Of a stretch of 51,472 nucleotides of DNA, positions 46,215-51,472 are shown piece after piece. The stretch is taken from assembly GCA_043785755.1 (NCBI GenBank), contig JAYVWV010000035.1:1-51472 (forward strand). Reading direction: 5' to 3'. The position numbers and the translations under genes were made by a program. Every line of letters begins with the position of its first letter. Position 1 is the first letter of the stretch. Source of the stretch: Candidatus Moraniibacteriota bacterium. GTDB lineage: Bacteria; Patescibacteriota; Minisyncoccia; Moranbacterales; UBA1568. Below the pieces are notes generated by a model that searched no databases, was not told the origin of the DNA, and was given only the letters and a program-made list of their open reading frames with translations.

Positions 46215-47201
46215 ATGGCCCTCGGAAGCATTGCCGAAATCTTGGCCGACCTCGGCCTCACCTCTGCGTTTATTTCTCAGTTCTTGAGAAAGCCAGTTCC
46301 GCCCGGCACACCACCTGCCGCGGCTCCCGCTGCCAAAATCGAGGATCCGCTCAAGCAGCAGGTAGCGTCGGTGAATCCGTTGGCGCGTGACGACAAGGCG
46401 ATTCTCATCGCTGTCGACACCGCCCTGGCGCAGCTCTCAGGTGGTGCAGATCACCTGGCGAGCGTGATCCAGGTACGGGTAGCGCTCAAGGGACATCAGC
46501 GGACCGATTGGCGCAAAAACCTCACTTCGCTGACCCTGACCGAGCGGTTCAAAGAGGTACGGGTCTGGAGGACCATTACCAAATTTGAACAACTCGGCGA
46601 TCCGCTCCAACAGCCAGCAGCCGCACAACCGCGGCGGCGAGGCAACCAACAGGGCGGTCAACAGGACCCACTGCCAGGCACAGAGAAGACGGAGCATAAG
46701 TTCGAACGCCTACCCCTCGACTATGAATGGACGGCGGATGACCCTCGGGTCAAACACCTGATACTCGTGTCCGAGCTGGTAAAGAGCCAGGCAGTAGCGG
46801 GAGCCATCGCCTACCTCATCTCGGCTGGCTTCATTCAAGAGAAGTCTGTCGACGAAATAACCGCGGAATGGGCGGCGGCGGCTGGCACGAAAGTGGCCGG
46901 CGGCGCCTACCACGCGGCAGCAAAACTGGTGCTCGATCGTGACACGAACGAGCACCTCCGAAGCCTCCCCGAGGGTGATGCGCGTGAGCAAGAGCTGTCA
47001 AACGCTCTTGACCAGGGCCTTGTTGCCATCACGCAGGAGACTGAGGACCTGAAGAAAGCTCCGCTCCCGAAGTGGTTCAAGATCGCCATGGGTGCGGGGA
47101 CGACATTCCTGCTCATCCTGTGGCTGCCCTGGATCTTTAGCTTAGTGGGTGGTGCAATCGCACTACTCGGTACCGCCATCTGGTGGTTCAAATTTCACTG
47201 A
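46215..47201 (+). CDS. Hypothetical protein with Pro/Ala- and Gln-rich linkers and a C-terminal double TM anchor
   Basis: SD aaggag at 46203-08. 328 aa ending FKIAMGAGTTFLLILWLPWIFSLVGGAIALLGTAIWWFKFH. No family was recognised. Confidence 0.7.
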   Translation: MALGSIAEILADLGLTSAFISQFLRKPVPPGTPPAAAPAAKIEDPLKQQVASVNPLARDDKAILIAVDTALAQLSGGADHLASVIQVRVALKGHQRTDWRKNLTSLTLTERFKEVRVWRTITKFEQLGDPLQQPAAAQPRRRGNQQGGQQDPLPGTEKTEHKFERLPLDYEWTADDPRVKHLILVSELVKSQAVAGAIAYLISAGFIQEKSVDEITAEWAAAAGTKVAGGAYHAAAKLVLDRDTNEHLRSLPEGDAREQELSNALDQGLVAITQETEDLKKAPLPKWFKIAMGAGTTFLLILWLPWIFSLVGGAIALLGTAIWWFKFH

Positions 47202-47215
47202 TCAAGGAGATTGGC

Positions 47216-48400
47216 ATGGCAGTCGAAAGAAACACTGATGCCGAACTGGGCATCATCAAGAGTCGGCTGGAGGCCAAGGCGCACACCATCAGGAAGTGGT
47301 ACTTCCTAGGCTTCTGCTCGGTGGTGGCCTCGGCGTTGGTCTTGGTGAGTGTGGGAGCCGCGTTCAACACGGCAGGATATGCGATTGTGAACTTCGTGTT
47401 CGCCGCCGCTTTCCTGATCGTCTGGGCATACTTCACCCATCACCCCTGGGGAATCCTGGGGGCAGCCACCGTAGGAGTCGCCGATGGACTCCCGAAGGAC
47501 TGGAGTATCAATCGGTTGAAGGAGCTTTTGTCTGAGGGCGGGAAACCGTTCCCAGACTTAAGCCTCAGCAACATCGCCGATGAAGCCTGGAAGTGGATCG
47601 GGCGTTACGTCCGTATGTCGGCGCAACTGGCCTACTTCGTGACGGTGGTCTTTGTCGTCATGGGGACGTTTCACATCAAGAACCCCTACGCGATCCTCCC
47701 GATCTTCATCGTCCTGGCAGGACTTCTCATGTGGCTGGTCTTCAAAGGCTCGCCTCTCAAGTGGTACCCGCGCATCACCTCGCTCATTCTGTTCGTGTCC
47801 CTCTCCGTGTTTGTCTACAAGGCATTCGTCGGTGAGCCGCAACATGATGAACCGACGGGCGGTGTGGTGATACCGAGTCCGCAAGCCATAGCCAGCGGGG
47901 TCACCAATGTCCTCAACGGTTTCACTTCTGCCCGATGGGTGGTGGTCGACGAGTTCGACTGCGAACTTGGTTTGAAGTCTTGGCAGCAAAGCCAGGGCGT
48001 CTGCCAGAGCGTGGCCGTAGACAAAGACGGACGCTACCGTCTGGCCATCAAGTCACACAAGATGACTCTGGCCCGGGAACGAGACAAGACCGGCGGCGGT
48101 GGTATCGAGCAATTGGTCCTTCGCCCGGAAGGGATTTTCCTCGCCTACTGGAGCGGAAACCCAGACGCGGTGAGGGAGTTACGCCGACAAGCACCCTTCA
48201 ATGAGCACGTCGGTGCCATCATCGCCAGAGCTGGTCAGGCCGGCCGGTGGGCACTGGCATTCTCGCAAGAGGTGCGAGCGCCGGAGTTCGAGCTGAAGAA
48301 GGGACAGGTCATCCAGGCCAGCCTCAACCTCCCTCCGAGGAAGGATTGGTTTGATGACAACACGGGCCACTACAGCCTGGAAATAGAACGGCTGGAATAG
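47216..48400 (+). CDS. Polytopic membrane protein with a C-terminal beta-rich domain resembling the LecA/PA-IL lectin fold (tentative)
   Basis: SD aaggag at 47203-08 and ATG 47216. About 5 TM helices. The C-terminus ...HVGAIIARAGQAGRW...KKGQVIQASLNLPPRKDWFDDNTGHYSLEIERLE compares with LecA ...[13 protein letters not shown]...[28 protein letters not shown]. Confidence 0.7.
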   Translation: MAVERNTDAELGIIKSRLEAKAHTIRKWYFLGFCSVVASALVLVSVGAAFNTAGYAIVNFVFAAAFLIVWAYFTHHPWGILGAATVGVADGLPKDWSINRLKELLSEGGKPFPDLSLSNIADEAWKWIGRYVRMSAQLAYFVTVVFVVMGTFHIKNPYAILPIFIVLAGLLMWLVFKGSPLKWYPRITSLILFVSLSVFVYKAFVGEPQHDEPTGGVVIPSPQAIASGVTNVLNGFTSARWVVVDEFDCELGLKSWQQSQGVCQSVAVDKDGRYRLAIKSHKMTLARERDKTGGGGIEQLVLRPEGIFLAYWSGNPDAVRELRRQAPFNEHVGAIIARAGQAGRWALAFSQEVRAPEFELKKGQVIQASLNLPPRKDWFDDNTGHYSLEIERLE

Positions 48401-48420
48401 CGATCCAGTGCTCCGAAGTC

Positions 48421-48470
48421 AAAAAGGCGGATACTGTGCAACACACAGTACCCGCCTTCTTTTTTTGTTT
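48421..48470. terminator. Bidirectional terminator between the plus-strand cassette and the pilin-like array
   Basis: aaaAAGGCGGATACTGTGcaacaCACAGTACCCGCCTTctttttttgtttt (15-bp stem with 1 mismatch). Confidence 0.8.
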
Positions 48471-48483
48471 TGATTTTCGAGGA

Positions 48484-49119
48484 CTATGGCGTGAAAAACG
48501 TAGCGATCTGCGTGACGATAATCAGCGCGGAAAAAGCGATAGCGATACCGATGATGGAATAAGTAACAATCTTCTTCCCCGTTTCGGCCCGATTCTCGTC
48601 GCCGGCCGCCGTCAGATAGGCCAAGCCGCCGATAACCAGCATGATAAGCGCGATGACGCCCAAGATAGAAAGGAAGAATTCTAATACCTTGGTGGCAATC
48701 TGAGTGAAAGTCGTCGCACCCGCCACAGTGCCAGTAGCGTCGACGATGTTGTTCCAACCGAGGATCGTGGCGATTTCTTTGAGGAACGATGGTGCCGCCA
48801 AACCGAGGGCGAGTCCGATGAGGGCCGCCACGATAGCACTTTTGGCCAAAGTCATCCGACTATCGTTGCCAGCCGAGGTGATATAGAGGAGAGCACCAAT
48901 GATAATAAAGATGATGGCCAAGATGACGATAATCTTCTGAAGCTGGAGCAGTGCCTCACCAAGGACACCCCCTATAGAATTGAACTTAAGCGGATTAATG
49001 TACATATCAGGGCCCCCACTCGAACCCGCAGCCAATGTCAATTCAGGCGTCAACGCCAAGAGACCGCCAAAAAAAACGAAGCCCATCAAAACCACCGTAT
49101 TTCTTTTTAGAATTTGCAT
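48484..49119 (-). CDS. Double-module TrbC/VirB2-like (T4SS-pilin-type) membrane protein
   Basis: Start ATG 49119. The two modules are ...IIGALLYITSAGNDSRMTLAKSAIVAALIGLALGL... and ...VIGGLAYLTAAGDENRAETGKKIVTYSIIGIAIAF... Confidence 0.7.
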   Translation of the reverse strand: MQILKRNTVVLMGFVFFGGLLALTPELTLAAGSSGGPDMYINPLKFNSIGGVLGEALLQLQKIIVILAIIFIIIGALLYITSAGNDSRMTLAKSAIVAALIGLALGLAAPSFLKEIATILGWNNIVDATGTVAGATTFTQIATKVLEFFLSILGVIALIMLVIGGLAYLTAAGDENRAETGKKIVTYSIIGIAIAFSALIIVTQIATFFTP

Positions 49120-49124
49120 AGCGT

Positions 49125-49760
49125 TTATGAGGAGAAGAATCCTGCGACCCAAGAAACAATGACGAGTGCTGCTAAAGCGATAGCAATCCCGATGATAGAG
49201 TAGGTGACGATTTTCTTACCCGTTTCGGCCCGGCTCTCATCCCCAGCGGCAGTCAAGTACATGAGTCCACCGATGATCATCATGATGATACCGATGACGC
49301 CGATGACCGAGAGGAGAAAGTCGAGCACCCCTCTCACGATTTCGACCAGTGACTTGGCGCCGGCAGCCGCAGCACTATCGGTGGCGCCCCAGCCCAAGAT
49401 ATCACCAATCTGTTTGAGAAACGACGGTGCCGCCAAACCGAGGGCCAAGCCCACCATCGCCGCAGTGATGGCACCCTTGCCGAGCGCCAGGCGATTTTCG
49501 TTGCCAGCCGAGGTGATGTAGAAAAAGGCCCCGATGACGATAAAGATGAGCGAGAGGATGACGATAAGCCCCTGTAACCAACCAAGGAGTGACCCAAGTA
49601 CTTCTTGAACCGTATTAAAATCAAGAGGATTCTTGACATCAACAATAGTATCGCCGCCAGACCCCGCCCCATGAGCCACCAACACCACGAAAAAGAACAT
49701 CATGAGACCCATCAGTATCACCCCCCCAACAGCAACGCCTCTCTGCCGACCGCTCGTCAT
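49125..49760 (-). CDS. Double-module TrbC/VirB2-like membrane protein, paralog of 48484-49119
   Basis: Start ATG 49760. The two modules are ...VIGAFFYITSAGNENRLALGKGAITAAMVGLALGL... and ...IIGGLMYLTAAGDESRAETGKKIVTYSIIGIAIAL... Confidence 0.7.
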   Translation of the reverse strand: MTSGRQRGVAVGGVILMGLMMFFFVVLVAHGAGSGGDTIVDVKNPLDFNTVQEVLGSLLGWLQGLIVILSLIFIVIGAFFYITSAGNENRLALGKGAITAAMVGLALGLAAPSFLKQIGDILGWGATDSAAAAGAKSLVEIVRGVLDFLLSVIGVIGIIMMIIGGLMYLTAAGDESRAETGKKIVTYSIIGIAIALAALVIVSWVAGFFSS

Positions 49761-49770
49761 AACAAAAGCA

Positions 49771-50163
49771 TTAGAAATTGGAAGAGGTGGCTTTGAGAGC
49801 CGTGTTGACTGCTTGAATGACGATGAAGCCTGAAAGAGCCACGATGATACCAATGATGGAATACTTCATGTTGGTCTTAGCTGTCTCGGCGGTCTTCTCA
49901 TCACCGGCTGACAGGAGATACTGCATACCAGAAATGACAAAGGCCATAATACCAATGACGCCGAGGATACCCAGGAGCCACGACATGAGATTACTCAGAA
50001 TACCAGAGACAGGGGCCGAGGACAGTCCAGTATTGGTCGGGATACAGACACCTGTGCTCCCATCATAGTTGGCCGGACAGGGCACCGCCTGCGCCGTCGT
50101 CACCAACGCGGTCAGCAAAAAAAAGGAAGCGGCCAAGGAGTAAAATAAACGCTTCATCTTCAT
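49771..50163 (-). CDS. Single-module TrbC/VirB2-like pilin-type protein
   Basis: Start ATG 50163 (MKMKRLFYSLAASFFLLTALVTTAQA signal peptide). The mature end VPCPANYDGSTGVCIP has a Cys pair. Module: VISGMQYLLSAGDEKTAETAKTNMKYSIIGIIVAL. Confidence 0.7.
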   Translation of the reverse strand: MKMKRLFYSLAASFFLLTALVTTAQAVPCPANYDGSTGVCIPTNTGLSSAPVSGILSNLMSWLLGILGVIGIMAFVISGMQYLLSAGDEKTAETAKTNMKYSIIGIIVALSGFIVIQAVNTALKATSSNF

Positions 50164-50218
50164 AAGGGAGATTACTATTTGTATTAGACTGCCGGAGGGC
50201 AGCACGGACTCACACGTG

Positions 50219-50231
50219 CCTCCATGATAGC
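50219..50231 (-). promoter_or_regulatory. Conserved 13-mer GCTATCATGGAGG (minus strand), a candidate -10 region, copy 1
   Basis: Minus strand reads TTGTTT-17 nt-TATCATgg, about 25 nt after the preceding terminator and 55 nt upstream of ATG 50163. Confidence 0.45.
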
Positions 50232-50259
50232 TTTTTTCGAGCGAAAAAACAACTGCATC

Positions 50260-50290
50260 GAAAACAAAAAGCCACCCGCCACGCGGATGG
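50260..50290 (-). terminator. Rho-independent terminator after gene 50310-50684
   Basis: Minus strand CCAUCCGC-gug-GCGGGUGG followed by CUUUUUGUUUUC. Confidence 0.7.
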
Positions 50291-50309
50291 TTTTTGAAAA
50301 TACCAAAAA

Positions 50310-50684
50310 TCAGAAGCCAGCATTGTTCCCCTGAAGCCACGAGTTGACAGCCTGGATGACGACAAAGCCAAGTAGAGCGACAACGACTCCGATGATAGAG
50401 TACTTCATCGCTTCCTTGGCCTGTTCAGCCCGTTTCTCATCTCCCGCCGCGGTGAGATAGAGAATGCCGGAAATGACGAAACCAATGATGCCAAGAAAAC
50501 CGAGGAGGCCCAACAGCCAGTCCATGGTGTACCACACGATATCCGTGAGCGTACCCTGCGGGACACCGGAAGCTTGGGCACGGTTATACCCGGTAGTCCA
50601 CGGGTCCACAGCAAATACCGTAAGTGGGGTCAAAGCCAAACCAGTAGCCGCTACTCCGTACAAAACGTTTTTTATTTTATTCAT
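50310..50684 (-). CDS. Single-module TrbC/VirB2-like pilin-type protein
   Basis: SD ggaggtg 7 nt upstream of the ATG. Signal peptide MNKIKNVLYGVAATGLALTPLTVFA. Module: VISGILYLTAAGDEKRAEQAKEAMKYSIIGVVVAL. Confidence 0.75.
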   Translation of the reverse strand: MNKIKNVLYGVAATGLALTPLTVFAVDPWTTGYNRAQASGVPQGTLTDIVWYTMDWLLGLLGFLGIIGFVISGILYLTAAGDEKRAEQAKEAMKYSIIGVVVALLGFVVIQAVNSWLQGNNAGF

Positions 50685-50782
50685 ATCTTCTCACCTCCTT
50701 TCTTTTAAAACTTTTCTTTTTAGCTCAGCTTCTTCGTTGCACTCAGAGTGACACACTGCTTCATTGCACCAACAACATTACT

Positions 50783-50795
50783 CCTCCATGATAGC
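50783..50795 (-). promoter_or_regulatory. Conserved 13-mer GCTATCATGGAGG, copy 2
   Basis: Identical 13-mer located just after terminator 50806-50838 and 99 nt upstream of ATG 50684. Confidence 0.4.
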
Positions 50796-50805
50796 GCTTT
50801 TCACT

Positions 50806-50838
50806 CCAAAACAAAAGCCACTCGACGAAACGAGTGGC
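50806..50838 (-). terminator. Rho-independent terminator after gene 50870-51238
   Basis: Minus strand GCCACUCG-uuucgu-CGAGUGGC followed by UUUUGUUUUGG. Confidence 0.7.
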
Positions 50839-50869
50839 TGCTTTGTCGATTGCTGTACATCTCCTCACA

Positions 50870-51238
50870 CTAGAATGTGGAGCTTGCGCCTCCGAGCCAG
50901 GTGTTGACGGCCTGGAGGATGACGTAACCCAGAAGAGCGACAACGACTCCGATGATGGAGTACATCATAGCCTTCTTGGCTCGATCGATCTGATCCTCGT
51001 CACCAGCTGCGGTGAGATAAAGGATACCAGCGATGACGAAACCGATAATACCGAGGAAACCGAGGAGAGCCAAAAGCCAGTTCATCGTCTGTCCGATAAT
51101 ATCAGTGATAGTCCCCTGCGGGGTACCACCCGTACCAGCATTGGTCACGCCCTTCCCCCACTGGGCCGAGGCGACGGCCGGTGCCAAAGCGATAGCCGCT
51201 CCAGCTGCACCATACAGAACGTTTTTAATTTTGTTCAT
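50870..51238 (-). CDS. Single-module TrbC/VirB2-like pilin-type protein
   Basis: Start ATG 51238 preceded by ggaggtg. Signal peptide MNKIKNVLYGAAGAAIALAPAVASA. Module: VIAGILYLTAAGDEDQIDRAKKAMMYSIIGVVVAL. Confidence 0.75.
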   Translation of the reverse strand: MNKIKNVLYGAAGAAIALAPAVASAQWGKGVTNAGTGGTPQGTITDIIGQTMNWLLALLGFLGIIGFVIAGILYLTAAGDEDQIDRAKKAMMYSIIGVVVALLGYVILQAVNTWLGGASSTF

Positions 51239-51319
51239 AGTTCTCACCTCCTTTCTTTTTTTCATGTCACTCCCTCACCAAAGAGACTAACGATGAATAT
51301 TTCTTTTTATGTTTCTGTT

Positions 51320-51472
51320 TTACGAAATGATTTGGGTCAGCGTCGTCACAATCACCAGTGCCCCCAACACAATCACCAAACCGATAACTGAAAAATAGGT
51401 GGCTCGTTTGGCGAGTTCTATTCGATGCTCATCGCCGGCGGCCGTGAGGTAGAGAAGACCGGCGACTACTAG
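51320..51472 (-). CDS. 3' end of a further TrbC/VirB2-like gene whose 5' part lies beyond the right edge (not in the ORF track)
   Basis: Own translation: LVVAGLLYLTAAGDEHRIELAKRATYFSVIGLVIVLGALVIVTTLTQIIS-stop (TAA at 51322-51320). Confidence 0.65.
   Translation of the reverse strand, partial: LVVAGLLYLTAAGDEHRIELAKRATYFSVIGLVIVLGALVIVTTLTQIIS

Noticed and set aside
46215-48400. The cassette as a clear horizontally acquired GC island.
   Set aside because: Hand counts of a few 60-nt lines (57-70% G+C) overlap with values from rpoC lines (42-62%). No flanking direct repeats, tRNA target or integrase were found. Foreign origin therefore remains an untested possibility rather than a call.
50761-50943. 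60-aa ORF and similar small ORFs between or overlapping the pilin-like genes (for example 50405..50614 and 49334..49672).
   Set aside because: They overlap terminators, promoter motifs or better-supported pilin frames, and they lack ribosome-binding sites.

Overview
Gene-dense 51.5-kb bacterial window, mostly minus-strand, read with the standard genetic code (TGA, TAA and TAG all terminate conserved genes). The recognisable housekeeping core is recA, a rodZ-like gene, ftsK, rpoB-rpoC, a short thrS, a P-type ATPase, a yvcK-like gene, hup, rny, gpmI, clpP-tig, ppa, nusA and three tRNAs (Gly-CCC, Gly-UCC, Pro-UGG). Many secreted or membrane hypotheticals sit between them: a Cys-rich repeat protein running off the left edge (absent from the ORF track), a coiled-coil lytic transglycosylase, an LTD/PKD surface protein, DUF4012, and an anchored amidase. 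This mix resembles reduced Patescibacteria/CPR-type genomes, but that taxonomic call is inference only. No rRNA, CRISPR array, transposase or integrase was seen. The best candidate for an undescribed system is the right-hand 6 kb. It starts with a membrane-anchored PaaX/Cas2-fold regulator-like gene. Next is a self-contained plus-strand two-gene cassette with a consensus promoter, a structured leader and two unknown membrane proteins, one with a LecA/PA-IL-like C-terminus. It ends with an array of at least six TrbC/VirB2-like pilin-type genes (8 modules, two double-module fusions) with no secretion ATPase in view. A second candidate is the operon of an anchored Amidase_2 enzyme and a 601-aa protein with a caspase-like His/Cys signature, followed by about 560 nt of unresolved, apparently frameshifted coding potential. 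Several RNA-level oddities are also reported: a degenerate tRNA-like gene, a tRNA abutting a start codon, an orphan promoter plus hairpin, a 100-nt hairpin supported by G-U pairs, and leader attenuators. All coordinates, folds and motif matches were done by eye, and every family assignment needs an HMM or structure search.
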